This document shows positions 49,191 to 58,673 of a stretch of 64,000 nucleotides of DNA, in pieces. This stretch comes from an uncultured Thermoanaerobaculia bacterium (GTDB lineage: Bacteria > Acidobacteriota > UBA4820 > DSQY01), in contig CAZPSH010000008.1 of assembly GCA_964589625.1 (NCBI GenBank), positions 1 through 64,000 of the forward strand, given 5' to 3'. The notes under the pieces were generated by a model. That model saw only the letters and a program-made list of their open reading frames with translations, searched no databases and was not told the DNA's origin. Made by a program: the position numbers and the translations under genes. Position 1 is the stretch's first letter; the number at the start of each line of letters is the position of its first letter.

Positions 49191-50120
49191 TTACGCGTGC
49201 GCCTTTCGACGGATTCTGTATATGGGAGCTTCTTCGTGGAGCTCGGGAGCGCCGTTCTTTTCGCTTACTCGTTCGAAGCGGATGCGCTTCTGCGAGAAGA
49301 GGCTGCAGCCCTCGGTGTGGAATCGCCTGAGGGCCATCCGGCAATACTCCTCGTCGATGTCGATTCCGATGCTGTTTCGGTTGGCCTTCTCGGCGGCGAG
49401 CATCGTGGTGCCTGTGCCCACGAAGGGGTCGAGTACCGTGTCCCCCCAGAATGAGAACATCCGCACGAGGCGATAGGCCAGCTCGAGAGGGAAGGGCGCG
49501 GGGTGGTGCTTTGTCGAAGCCCCGGTGAGCGTCCAGAACTGCTGGAACCACTCCCCGTACTCCTTCTTGCCGATCATGCTGAGGCGGCGCTGCTCTTCGG
49601 TGGGCTTCCGATAGCCGCCGGGCTTGCGCTGCATCAGGATAAACTCGATGTCGTTCTTTATGATCGCGTTGGGTTCGTAAGGCTTGCCGAGAAACTTCGA
49701 GCCGTTTTCCACTTCGTAGTTTGCGTTTGCGATCTTATGCCAAATGATGGGATTGAGATTGTCGAAGCCGATCTTGCGGCAGTTTACGGCGATGTCCGCG
49801 TGCAAGGGGACGACGACGTGGCGCCCGAAGACCTTCCGCGAAAGGCACACGTCCCCCACGTCGCAGACGAGACGGCCGCCGGGGACCAGGATTCGATACA
49901 CCTCCCGCCAAACCTTGTTGAGCTCCTCCAGAAAAATCTCGTATTCCTGGACGTGCCCGAGCTGTCCCTCTACGTCGTTATAGCGCTTGAGCGTCCAGTA
50001 GGGCGGCGAGGTCACGACGAGGTGGATCGACTCATCCCGAAGATACGGCATGGACCGGGCGTCTCCGAGAATGAGACGGTGCGAAGTAGCAGGCTCGGGG
50101 ACGGTGCGAGCATCGGTCAT
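49191..50120 (-). CDS. Beta-class N4-cytosine/N6-adenine DNA methyltransferase (motif IV TSPPY preceding motif I DPFVGTGTT)
   Basis: LVVTSPPYW ... VLDPFVGTGTT motif order is typical of beta-group amino-MTases. The ATG at 50118-50120 overlaps the endonuclease TGA. Confidence 0.85.
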   Translation of the reverse strand: MTDARTVPEPATSHRLILGDARSMPYLRDESIHLVVTSPPYWTLKRYNDVEGQLGHVQEYEIFLEELNKVWREVYRILVPGGRLVCDVGDVCLSRKVFGRHVVVPLHADIAVNCRKIGFDNLNPIIWHKIANANYEVENGSKFLGKPYEPNAIIKNDIEFILMQRKPGGYRKPTEEQRRLSMIGKKEYGEWFQQFWTLTGASTKHHPAPFPLELAYRLVRMFSFWGDTVLDPFVGTGTTMLAAEKANRNSIGIDIDEEYCRMALRRFHTEGCSLFSQKRIRFERVSEKNGAPELHEEAPIYRIRRKAHA

Positions 50121-50863
50121 CAGGTAGCTCGTCCGAAGGCGCTCACGTGCGCGAACAGAGAGCGGGCGAATAAATTGAAAGTCAGCTCCTGCGCGGGCTC
50201 TTGGTAGGCGCCCCTGGCGCCCGTGTCCTTGGCCGAGAGCAGGAAGCACGAGGAGCTGTAGTGTCTCTCTCTCAGAAGCTTCCTGCAGAAGAGCTCGTAC
50301 CGCTTGGCGTAGGAGGCGTTTTTGAATTCGGGAAAGACATCGAAGTGGGGCTCTTTCACCCGGACCGGGCTGCGGGACTTTGCGCAGTCCTCCAGCAGGA
50401 ACAGATAGCCGAGCCAAGGCTTCACGGTGGTATTGAAGGCGCCTTCACGGTAGGCGGTCCAGAGGTCCAAGGCGCTGCCCATGGCCTCCTCGGTGCGGTT
50501 ATTGAAATTGTTGCCGAAAGAAGGCCCGACCTGGGACTTGGCTTCGAGCGCCAGCACGAGCTGGCCGTTTTGGACTACGAGGAGGTCCCACTCTTTGGTG
50601 GGCCTGAAGAACCCTGGCAGCTCGAGGGTCGTCCTGTAGAAGACGTGCTCGGACTCAACCCCCGCTCGTTGGATGATGTCCGCAAGTAGGCGGATAAAGC
50701 CGTCCATCTGGGCGCCGCCCGTGACGGCGGCCCTCGCCCCCTGGTCCTGCCGGCCGGCGGTCTGTTGCCGCTGAGCTTGGCCCGAGCGAGTAGTCCAGTA
50801 GTCTTTCACGGCGGCCGCAACGCGTTGATCAAGGCTTGCGAGGATCTCGTCTAGAGATGCCAT
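50120..50863 (-). CDS. Putative type II restriction endonuclease (PD-(D/E)XK fold)
   Basis: EWDLLVVQNGQLVLALEAKSQ contains a D...E-x-K arrangement. Immediately upstream of, and coupled to, the MTase. Low GC3. Confidence 0.6.
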   Translation of the reverse strand: MASLDEILASLDQRVAAAVKDYWTTRSGQAQRQQTAGRQDQGARAAVTGGAQMDGFIRLLADIIQRAGVESEHVFYRTTLELPGFFRPTKEWDLLVVQNGQLVLALEAKSQVGPSFGNNFNNRTEEAMGSALDLWTAYREGAFNTTVKPWLGYLFLLEDCAKSRSPVRVKEPHFDVFPEFKNASYAKRYELFCRKLLRERHYSSSCFLLSAKDTGARGAYQEPAQELTFNLFARSLFAHVSAFGRAT

Positions 50864-50959
50864 GCGCACGTCCCCCCTTTGCTCACCGTAAGCGTATCAC
50901 TCTCTCAGCTGGCCTTGTCCAGAAGCTCGCGCACCTTCTTTTCGTTGGTGAGGGCCTTG

Positions 50960-51151
50960 ATGATCCGTTTGCGGATCCGGCAGATGCGGCAAATGAGATC
51001 ACGTCTTGCATGTCCACATTTCCTCCCAACAGCCTTCGCTCGCTGTGGTTCAGGTTCCTGAAGACAGGTTGAGCGTACTCCCTGAAAGAAAAGGGAGTCA
51101 ATGTAGCGGTGGCGGCCGAGGGGCCGGCCCTTGCAAGCCGAGAGGGCCACT
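50960..51151. repeat. Right arm of the inverted repeat flanking the R-M cassette
   Basis: Reverse complement aligns to 48957-49150. Confidence 0.75.
51063..51092 (-). promoter_or_regulatory. Promoter-like TTGACT-N18-TACGCT in the right inverted repeat, reading leftward toward the endonuclease/methyltransferase genes
   Basis: Minus-strand -35 at 51092..51087 and -10 at 51068..51063. It is the only obvious promoter upstream of the R-M operon. Confidence 0.5.
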
Positions 51152-51228
51152 TTTCGAAGAGAGCGGCCACGGAAGGCCGCCCTCACGGCAGGAATGGCGC
51201 TACAATGGAAGCCCTGCGGGAGACCGGA

Positions 51229-53733
51229 ATGGCTCAGACCCTGTACCTCGTGGACGCCTCGTCGATCCTCTTCCGGGCCTTCTACGCCATCCGGAGCCTC
51301 TCCACGCGGGACGGCCGCCCCACGAACGCCATCTACGGCACCCTCAAGATCGCGGAGAAACTCCTGAAGGACCACCGCCCCGAGCGCGTGGCCTTCGTTT
51401 TCGACACGCCCGCGCCCACCTTCCGCCACGAGGCCTTCGAGGCCTACAAGGCCAACCGCCCCGAGATGCCCGACGACATGGCGAGGCAGATCGGGCCGGC
51501 CAAGGAGATCCTCCGGGCCATGGGCCTTCCCCTCCTCGAAACGCCGGGGTACGAGGCCGACGACCTTATCGGCACGCTGGCCTTGCGCGCCGTGGAGGCG
51601 GGGATGGAGGCGGTCATCGTCACCGCCGACAAGGACCTCTTCCAGCTGGTGCGGCCGGGGGTGCGCGTCCTGCACACGAAAAAGGAGGACGCCCTCCTCG
51701 ACGAGAAGGGGGTGGAGGAGGTCTTCGGCGTGCCGCCCGGGCGCGTGGTGGACGTGCTGGCCCTCTGGGGCGATCCCACGGACAATATCCCCGGCGTTCC
51801 GGGGATCGGCGAGAAGGGCGCCAAGGACCTCGTGCGCCAATTCGGTGACCTGGAGTCGGTCCTGGGCCACGCCGCCGAGGTGACCCGCAAGGCCTACCGG
51901 GAGGGCCTTTTGCAGTTCGCGGATCAGGCCCGCCTCTCCCGGGACCTCGCCACCATCCGCACCGACGCGCCCGTGGAGGTCCCCCTGGAGGACCTGCGCC
52001 TGGCCGCCCCCGACCGGGAGCGCCTCCAGACCCTCTTCCGGGAGTACGAATTTTCCTCCCTCGTTGTCCCCGAGCCGGGCCAGGCCCCCACCCCCGCCGA
52101 GGAGGCCCCCCCGGCGCGGCCGCTGGACGGGGCCGCGTGGGAGGCCCTCTCCCGTGCGGACGCCGCCGGGATGGCCTGGGCCGAGGAGGGGGTCTTCCTC
52201 TCCGACGGCTCCGATGTCTGGGTCGCCTCTCCCCAGGCCCCGGACGGGGCCCGCCTTGCCACACTGCCGCTGTGCGTCCACGGGTTGAAGAGCCTCCTGA
52301 GGCGGCTCGGGCCCTCCGAATTCCGCCCCGGCCCGCGGGCCCTGGACGCGGCCGTGGTGGGGTATCTCCTGGACCCTTCGGCCCGGGTGCCTTCGGTGGC
52401 GGACCTTGGGGAGCGCTTCCTGTCCCTCCGGGCGGAGGGCGACGCCCCCGCCCTCCAGGCCCTCCTCCTGTCCCGCCTGGCGCCGGCCCTTCGGGCCGAA
52501 CTGGACCGCCTGGCCATGGGGCGCCTCTACGAGGAGGTCGAGGGGCCCCTCATCCCCGTCCTGGCGCGCATGGAGGCCGCCGGCGTGGCGGTGGACGCGG
52601 GCTACTTCCGGTCCTTGGGCGAGGAGATGGGCGGAGCCCTGCGCGATCTGGAGGGGCGGATCCACGCGGCGGCGGGCCTGCCGTTCAACGTGGCGAGCCC
52701 CCGCCAGGTGGGGGAGGTCCTCTTCGAAAAGCTGAACCTGCCCGTCCAGAAGCGCACCACCAAGACCAAGAGCTACTCCACCGACAGCGAGGTCCTGGAG
52801 GCCCTCCGGGAGGCCCACCCCGTGGTGGGCCTGATCCTGGAGCACCGGATGCTGGCCAAACTCAAGGGCACCTACGTGGACACGCTTCCCCAGCAGGTGG
52901 ACCCGTCCACGGGCCGCATCCACGCGGCCTTCCACCAGACCGTCGCGGCCACGGGGCGCCTCTCGTCCTCGGACCCCAACCTGCAGAACATCCCCGCGCG
53001 GGGCGAGTGGGGGCCGCGCATCCGCCGGGGCTTCCTCGCCGCCGAGGGGCATCTCCTGGCGGGGGCCGACTACAGCCAGATCGAGCTGCGCATGCTCGCC
53101 CACCTCTCGGGGGACGAGGCGCTGGCGCGGATCTTCTCGGAGGGCCGGGACATCCACACGGCCACGGCCTCGGAGGTCTTCGGCGTGGCCCCTCCCTTCG
53201 TCACGCCCGACATGCGCCGCCAGGCCAAGGCCGTGAACTTCGGCATCCTCTACGGCATGGGGCCCTTCGGCCTGGCCCGGGAGCTGGGGGTTCCGCAGAA
53301 GGAGGCCAAGGCCTTCATCGAGAGGTACTTCGCCCGATTCCCGCGGGTGAGGGCTTACGTGGACGGGGTGGTGGAATCGGTCCTCTCGGCCGAGGAGGTG
53401 ACGACGATCCTCGGGCGCCGGCGGCTCTTCCCCGGCATCGCCCGCGCCGCCAAGCCCCTCCAACAGGCGCTGGTCCGCCAGGCCGTGAACACCACCGTCC
53501 AGGGAAGCGCCGCGGACCTCATCAAGAAGGCCATGGTGGACGTGGAGCCCCGCCTGCCCAAGGGTGCGCGCCTGGTGCTCCAGGTCCACGACGAGCTTAT
53601 CGTGGAGGCGCCCGAAGCCATGGCGGAAGAGGTGGCGAGGATCCTGCGGGACTCCATGGAGTCGGCCATGAGGCTGAGGGTCCCCCTCGTGGCTGGGACG
53701 AGCGTGGGAAGGCGCTGGAGCGATCTCAAGTAG
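51229..53733 (+). CDS. polA: DNA polymerase I
   Basis: 5'-3' exonuclease N-terminus (LYLVDASSILFRAFYA), polymerase motifs A/B/C (DYSQIELR, RRQAKAVNFGILYG, VHDEL). RBS GGGAGA. Confidence 0.95.
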   Translation: MAQTLYLVDASSILFRAFYAIRSLSTRDGRPTNAIYGTLKIAEKLLKDHRPERVAFVFDTPAPTFRHEAFEAYKANRPEMPDDMARQIGPAKEILRAMGLPLLETPGYEADDLIGTLALRAVEAGMEAVIVTADKDLFQLVRPGVRVLHTKKEDALLDEKGVEEVFGVPPGRVVDVLALWGDPTDNIPGVPGIGEKGAKDLVRQFGDLESVLGHAAEVTRKAYREGLLQFADQARLSRDLATIRTDAPVEVPLEDLRLAAPDRERLQTLFREYEFSSLVVPEPGQAPTPAEEAPPARPLDGAAWEALSRADAAGMAWAEEGVFLSDGSDVWVASPQAPDGARLATLPLCVHGLKSLLRRLGPSEFRPGPRALDAAVVGYLLDPSARVPSVADLGERFLSLRAEGDAPALQALLLSRLAPALRAELDRLAMGRLYEEVEGPLIPVLARMEAAGVAVDAGYFRSLGEEMGGALRDLEGRIHAAAGLPFNVASPRQVGEVLFEKLNLPVQKRTTKTKSYSTDSEVLEALREAHPVVGLILEHRMLAKLKGTYVDTLPQQVDPSTGRIHAAFHQTVAATGRLSSSDPNLQNIPARGEWGPRIRRGFLAAEGHLLAGADYSQIELRMLAHLSGDEALARIFSEGRDIHTATASEVFGVAPPFVTPDMRRQAKAVNFGILYGMGPFGLARELGVPQKEAKAFIERYFARFPRVRAYVDGVVESVLSAEEVTTILGRRRLFPGIARAAKPLQQALVRQAVNTTVQGSAADLIKKAMVDVEPRLPKGARLVLQVHDELIVEAPEAMAEEVARILRDSMESAMRLRVPLVAGTSVGRRWSDLK

Positions 53734-53734
53734 G

Positions 53735-53753
53735 CGCCCGCTCTCCGCGGGCG
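53735..53753. terminator. Hairpin CGCCCGC-TCTCC-GCGGGCG between the convergent polA and thyX stops
   Basis: 7-bp stem read directly. It fills the 22-nt gap between the two stop codons. Confidence 0.4.
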
Positions 53754-53755
53754 GC

Positions 53756-54568
53756 CTACTCCATGCCCAGTTTCGCCCGCACTTCCTTGGGAAGATCTCC
53801 CTGCCCCTCGAGGCGGGACTTGAGCCAGCGGGCGGATTCGGAGGAGAGGGTCACGGCGCTCAGGACGTGGCGCTCGAAGGCGGCGTAGGCCAGGGGCGCC
53901 ACGGCGCGGGTCAGATCCGCGATGACCCGCGCGTACTGGCGGATCTCCCACTGGGCGTGGGCGTCGAGGCGCAGCTTCAGGAACCGGAAGAGGTTGTTAA
54001 GGTCCATCTGCCAGTACCACTCGGTGTACAGGCTCAGGGGCAGGCCGATGCGGGCCACCTCGCGGGCCAGGTTCTTCTCGAGCATGGCCTCGTAGCGGGC
54101 GTAGGCTTCCGCCTGGCCGGCCGCGAGCCCTTCGACGACGGCCCGGGCGTCGTCCTCCGAGAGGGTCTCGTCGGAGCGGCCCTGCTTGTTCACGTCCGAT
54201 TGGGTCCTCAAGGTCTCCGCCGTAGGGACGTAGAACTCGTCCTTCATCACCGAGTAGCGGCCCGAGATCTCGTTGAGGCGGGCCGTTCGGTGGCGCACCC
54301 ACTGCCTCGCCACGAAGATGGGCAGTTTCACGTGGAGGGTCAGGACCACCTGCTCGAAGGGCGAGGTGTGCTGGTTGCGCATGAGGTAGTCGATGAGCGC
54401 CGCGTCCTCCCGAACGGTCTTCGTGCCTCGTCCGTAGGAGACGCGGGCCGCCTGGACGATGCGTTCGTCGGAGCCGAGGTAATCGACGAGGCGCACGAAG
54501 CCCTTGTCGAGGACCGGGAATTCCCGGTCGAGCAGGGCCTCCGCCTCGGGAACCGCCACGTGGGCCAT
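53756..54568 (-). CDS. thyX: FAD-dependent thymidylate synthase ThyX
   Basis: RHRTARLNEISGRY (the ThyX RHRxxxxxxS motif) and full-length similarity. Confidence 0.9.
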   Translation of the reverse strand: MAHVAVPEAEALLDREFPVLDKGFVRLVDYLGSDERIVQAARVSYGRGTKTVREDAALIDYLMRNQHTSPFEQVVLTLHVKLPIFVARQWVRHRTARLNEISGRYSVMKDEFYVPTAETLRTQSDVNKQGRSDETLSEDDARAVVEGLAAGQAEAYARYEAMLEKNLAREVARIGLPLSLYTEWYWQMDLNNLFRFLKLRLDAHAQWEIRQYARVIADLTRAVAPLAYAAFERHVLSAVTLSSESARWLKSRLEGQGDLPKEVRAKLGME

Positions 54569-54908
54569 GGGGACCTCCGGTGCCAGGATAGCGGTGCGGC
54601 CGGCGGGCGGTCAACGGAGCGCCGGGCGAAACAACGGCAGCCGGGCCCTCGTAAAACAAAGTTTGCGAGGGCGGAGGGGAGGGCGATGACGCACCGGATC
54701 CTGGCCGCCGGTGACGCCCGCGTCCGCCCCGTCCACTTTGACCCGGAGGTGCTTGCCTGCTTCCTCGCCCACGAAGGGGAGATCCTCGACCTCCACCGCG
54801 CCTACGCCGACGTCCCGCCACAATCCGCGGGGGCCGCCGAGTTTTCGGCGGACTCTCCCGAGGTCCATTGAACCGGAACCATCCCCCATCCGGAAGGAGT
54901 GAAGCCCC

Positions 54909-57032
54909 ATGCGCACATTCACGAAAGGAACGGCCTTCGGAGCGTTGGCTCTGGCCGCCTGTCTGGCCTCGGCGGCGGCGGGCCCCGGGGAGGCAGGACC
55001 GTATCCGGCCACCCGCGCCGAGGTGGTGACCGACGACTATTTCGGCACGGCGGTGGCGGATCCGTACCGCTGGCTGGAGGACGGCGATTCGCCCGAGGTG
55101 GCCGCCTGGACCGAGGCCCAGAACGCCGTGACGCGGCGCTACCTAGACGCCGTCAAGGCTCGCCCGGCCATCGCCAAACGGCTCAAGGAACTCTGGAACT
55201 ACGAAAAGATGGGCACGCCCGTCGAGGCCGGGGGCCTCCTCTTCTACACGAAGAACGACGGCCTCCAAAACCAGCCCCCCCTCTACGTCCAGGAGGGCCT
55301 GAAGGGCGCGCCCCGCCTCCTCATCGATCCCAACACCCTGTCCGCCGACGGCACGGTGGCCATGGACTGGTGGTACGTGAGCGAGAAGGGGAAGTACGTG
55401 GCCTACGGCACGTCCCCCAACGGCACGGAACAGAGCGTCCTGCGCATCCGGGAAACGGCCACGGGCCGCGACCTTACCGACGCAATCGACGGGTGCCGGT
55501 TCTCCTCCGTGGCCTGGCTTCCCGACGAGACGGGGTTCTACTACACGCGCTTTCCCAAGCCCGGAACGGTTCCGGAAAACGAGAGGAACTACAACCGGAG
55601 GGTCCTCTTCCACCGCCTGGGCGGCGATCCGGAGGCGGACACCCTGGTCCTCTCGTGCCCGGCCAAGAAGGAGATCGGGTTCGGAGTGGCCCTGTCCAAC
55701 GACGCGCACCACCTGCTCATCTCCGCCTACGAGGGCTCGGACCGAAGCACGGAAATCTGGGTGAAGGACCTCCGGTCGGGCTCCCTCGTCCAGATCACCC
55801 GGGGTTTCCACGACCAGTACGAGGGAGAGATCTACAACGGCGTTTTCTACTGCCTCACGACGGAGGGGGCGCCCAACGGGCGCGTCTTCGCCGTGGACCT
55901 TAGAGATCCGCGGCGAGAGAAGTGGACGGAGATCCTCCCCGAGGGCAAGGACTCCCTGGACAGCATCGCGATCTACGGGGGGCGGCTCTTCGTGGAGTCG
56001 CTCCACAACGCCACCTCCCGCGTGGAGATCCGGGGGCTCGACGGCAAGGACCTGGGGAGCGTGCCGCTCCCGCCCATGGTCTCGGTCTGGGGCACGTCGG
56101 GGCGGTGGGACAACCGACGGGTCTTCCTGACGGTAACGGGCTTCACCCTGCCCAACACCGTCCTGAGGTACGAAGTGGGGGAGGGCTCCCTCGCCACGTT
56201 CTTTTCCCCGAGCGTCCCCTTCCGCACCGACGACTTCACCACCGAACAGGTTTGGGTGACGAGCAAGGACGGGACGAAGGTCTCCATGTTCGTGGCCCAC
56301 AAGAAGGACTTCCGGAAGGAGGGGACCGCCCCCTGCTACCTCACGGGCTACGGCGGGTTCACCATCTCCGAGACGCCCTACTTCTCCCCCATCGTCCTGT
56401 GGTGGCTCGAGCAGGGCGGCGTCTTCGCCCTTCCCAACCTGCGGGGCGGGGGCGAGTACGGCGAGGCCTGGCACCGGGCCGGGATGCGGGAGAAGAAGCA
56501 GAACGTCTTCGACGACTTTTACGCGGCGGCGGAGTTCCTCATCGCCAACGGATACACCTCGAAGGAGCGCCTCGCGGCGGAGGGCGGGTCGAACGGGGGC
56601 CTGCTCACCGGGGCCGCGCTGACCCAACGGCCGGACCTCTTCGGCGCCGTGATCATCGAGGTGCCCCTCCTCGACATGCTCCGCTACCACCGCTTCTCCA
56701 TCGCGCGGTACTGGATCCCCGAGTACGGATCCTCGGAGGACCCGGAGCAGTTCAAGTACATCCGCGCCTACTCCCCCTATCACAACGTTCGCGGGGACGT
56801 GGCCTACCCGCCGACGCTCCTCATGACGGGCGCCAGCGACAGCCGCGTGGACCCGCTCCACGCCCGCAAGATGGCGGCCCTCCTCCAGGCCGAAGGCAAG
56901 GGGGGGCCCTTCCTCCTTCGGGTCGAGACGAAGGCGGGGCACGGGCAGGGAAAGCCCACGGCCAAGCGCCTCGAGGAAGCCGCGGACCGCTTCGCCTTCC
57001 TCGTCCGGACGCTTGGGATGAAGGTGCGTTGA
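54909..57032 (+). CDS. Prolyl oligopeptidase (S9A), secreted
   Basis: Signal peptide, N-terminal propeller (DPYRWLED), catalytic GGSNGGLL Ser motif and C-terminal D/H residues. Confidence 0.9.
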   Translation: MRTFTKGTAFGALALAACLASAAAGPGEAGPYPATRAEVVTDDYFGTAVADPYRWLEDGDSPEVAAWTEAQNAVTRRYLDAVKARPAIAKRLKELWNYEKMGTPVEAGGLLFYTKNDGLQNQPPLYVQEGLKGAPRLLIDPNTLSADGTVAMDWWYVSEKGKYVAYGTSPNGTEQSVLRIRETATGRDLTDAIDGCRFSSVAWLPDETGFYYTRFPKPGTVPENERNYNRRVLFHRLGGDPEADTLVLSCPAKKEIGFGVALSNDAHHLLISAYEGSDRSTEIWVKDLRSGSLVQITRGFHDQYEGEIYNGVFYCLTTEGAPNGRVFAVDLRDPRREKWTEILPEGKDSLDSIAIYGGRLFVESLHNATSRVEIRGLDGKDLGSVPLPPMVSVWGTSGRWDNRRVFLTVTGFTLPNTVLRYEVGEGSLATFFSPSVPFRTDDFTTEQVWVTSKDGTKVSMFVAHKKDFRKEGTAPCYLTGYGGFTISETPYFSPIVLWWLEQGGVFALPNLRGGGEYGEAWHRAGMREKKQNVFDDFYAAAEFLIANGYTSKERLAAEGGSNGGLLTGAALTQRPDLFGAVIIEVPLLDMLRYHRFSIARYWIPEYGSSEDPEQFKYIRAYSPYHNVRGDVAYPPTLLMTGASDSRVDPLHARKMAALLQAEGKGGPFLLRVETKAGHGQGKPTAKRLEEAADRFAFLVRTLGMKVR

Positions 57033-57112
57033 TCGAAAAGATCGCGCCGCGTTCCATGAAAACGGGGGGGAGGCCGCCGGGCCTCCCCCTGGCGTCTTCA
57101 TGGAAAGAAGGA

Positions 57113-58603
57113 CTACGGAGTGGCGGCCCTCAGGGCCTGGGCGAAGCGCTCGAAATACGGGTGGGCGGGGAAGAGGCTCTCGAACAGGGCCGGCGCCACG
57201 GAGAGGGTTTCCTCCGTGCCGAGGCAGTATCCCATGGTCGAGAAGTTCGCGCGGAAGCGGGCCACCTCCTCCGCCGCATCCCTCTTCCGGATCACCACGT
57301 CGGCGAAAATCCGGGCCAGCTCCGAGAAGTCGGCCTCCTTCATCCCGAAGCGAGTCATCTCTTGGACGCCCGTTCGGAGGCCGCTCGGGTGATAGAAGGT
57401 CTCGTCGTCGGGCAAGGCCTGGAAGTTGACGACGATATTGTTTCGCTCCAGGCGGTGGGCGATCTCCTTTCCGTCCCCGAAGGGGGAGACGCGGAGGACG
57501 ACCTGGTGGGTGTGCGTGAAGCCGTCGGCCTCTCCCCCCTCCACGGGGATCCCCTCGCGGAAGAGCGCCGCGGCGAAGGCCCGGGCGTTGGAGAGCACCT
57601 GCCGCTGGTACTCCTCCCGGCAGGCGTTCATCTCGAGTGTGGCGGCCAACATGGCGAGCTGGGTCCCGAGGTGGTGGTTGCTGGTGGAGCCGGGGAAGGC
57701 GCGGCCCTGGATCTCCACCCATAGTTTTCGCAAGGGGCTCTCCTTGGGGAAGCGCCCCGCCACGATGCCCCGCTGGGGTCCGAAAAAGGTCTTGTGCGTC
57801 GAACCGGTGACCACGTCGGCTCCCTCGTGGAGGGGATCCTGGAAGTGGGGGCCGAGGATCCCGAGGACGTGGGCCCCGTCGAACATGACGATGGGGCGGT
57901 ACCCTTCCAGGGATTTGGCGTGGGACTTCAGGGCGGTTACGGGCTCGGGGTGAAGGAAGAGGCTCTTGCCGAAGATCACGAGGGACGGGCGGTGCCGGTC
58001 CACCAGGGCGAGCATCCTCTCCACGTCGATCTTGTAGGGGTTACCCGGCTCCAGCGGAAAGTTGACGACGTCGCCGTCCACGAAGTTGAAGAGGGCCCCG
58101 AAGGGCTGGGCCGAGAGGTGCCCTCCCGCGTTCAGGCCGTTGTTCATCACGGCGGGAATGCGCCCCGTGGTGCTTACGGGCGCGAAGCCGTCGGGCTTGC
58201 CCGAGAGGAACTTCAGGACCGCCTTGAAGACGATCTCGTTGGCCATCTGCCCCGAGACGGGCCGCGTCTCCACCTCTTCGCCGCCGATGTAGGTGCCGAA
58301 CTCCGCCTTGAGCCTCTGTTCCACTTCGTAGATGAAGTCCGTGCCCTGGTAGTAGTAGACCTGGTCCCCCTTGAGGGCCCCGGAGCCCTGGAGGGACTCC
58401 ACCTCTTTCTTGAGGGCCGTCTTGTGTTCGGCGTACCGCCCCGAGGGATCCCCGATTTCGCAGAGCTTGACGAGAAGGGAGGGCGTGTTCTCGGAGGGGA
58501 TGAGGTTGACGCAGCGCCTCTGGCGCCAGCGGTTGTTCTCCACCACCTTTTCGACGAGTTCACGGACGTTCTTCACGAGAGAATCCATGCGTTCCTCCCA
58601 CAT
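57113..58603 (-). CDS. Divergent serine hydroxymethyltransferase-family PLP enzyme (496 aa)
   Basis: VNLIPSENTPS (compare LIASEN), GGHLS, STHKTFFGPQRG (compare THKTLRGPRGG), with extra insertions. Confidence 0.65.
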   Translation of the reverse strand: MWEERMDSLVKNVRELVEKVVENNRWRQRRCVNLIPSENTPSLLVKLCEIGDPSGRYAEHKTALKKEVESLQGSGALKGDQVYYYQGTDFIYEVEQRLKAEFGTYIGGEEVETRPVSGQMANEIVFKAVLKFLSGKPDGFAPVSTTGRIPAVMNNGLNAGGHLSAQPFGALFNFVDGDVVNFPLEPGNPYKIDVERMLALVDRHRPSLVIFGKSLFLHPEPVTALKSHAKSLEGYRPIVMFDGAHVLGILGPHFQDPLHEGADVVTGSTHKTFFGPQRGIVAGRFPKESPLRKLWVEIQGRAFPGSTSNHHLGTQLAMLAATLEMNACREEYQRQVLSNARAFAAALFREGIPVEGGEADGFTHTHQVVLRVSPFGDGKEIAHRLERNNIVVNFQALPDDETFYHPSGLRTGVQEMTRFGMKEADFSELARIFADVVIRKRDAAEEVARFRANFSTMGYCLGTEETLSVAPALFESLFPAHPYFERFAQALRAATP

Positions 58604-58673
58604 CTTGGCGCCAGGCCCCCATCTTACTCCCGCGTGGCCTCCGGTGGGTTCCGCGGCGCGCCAGGGGCCGGCG

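Larger units (their letters stand above)
48957..51151. mobile_element. Low-GC (~57%) insertion cassette bounded by inverted repeats, carrying a type II restriction-modification system
   Basis: The compositional break versus the ~70% GC flanks, the flanking inverted repeats, the R-M gene pair and the location between the conserved housekeeping genes hemD and polA. Confidence 0.7.

Noticed and set aside
50883-51010. Small ORFs in the right repeat arm and leader (42-aa MQDVISFAAS..., and a CRICRIRKRIIKALTNEKK peptide in another frame) as a C-protein/controller of the R-M system
   Set aside because: No helix-turn-helix pattern, no convincing start or RBS for the Cys-containing frame, and the amino-acid similarity between the two arms is explained by DNA-level repeat identity. 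Kept only as a note within the R-M finding.
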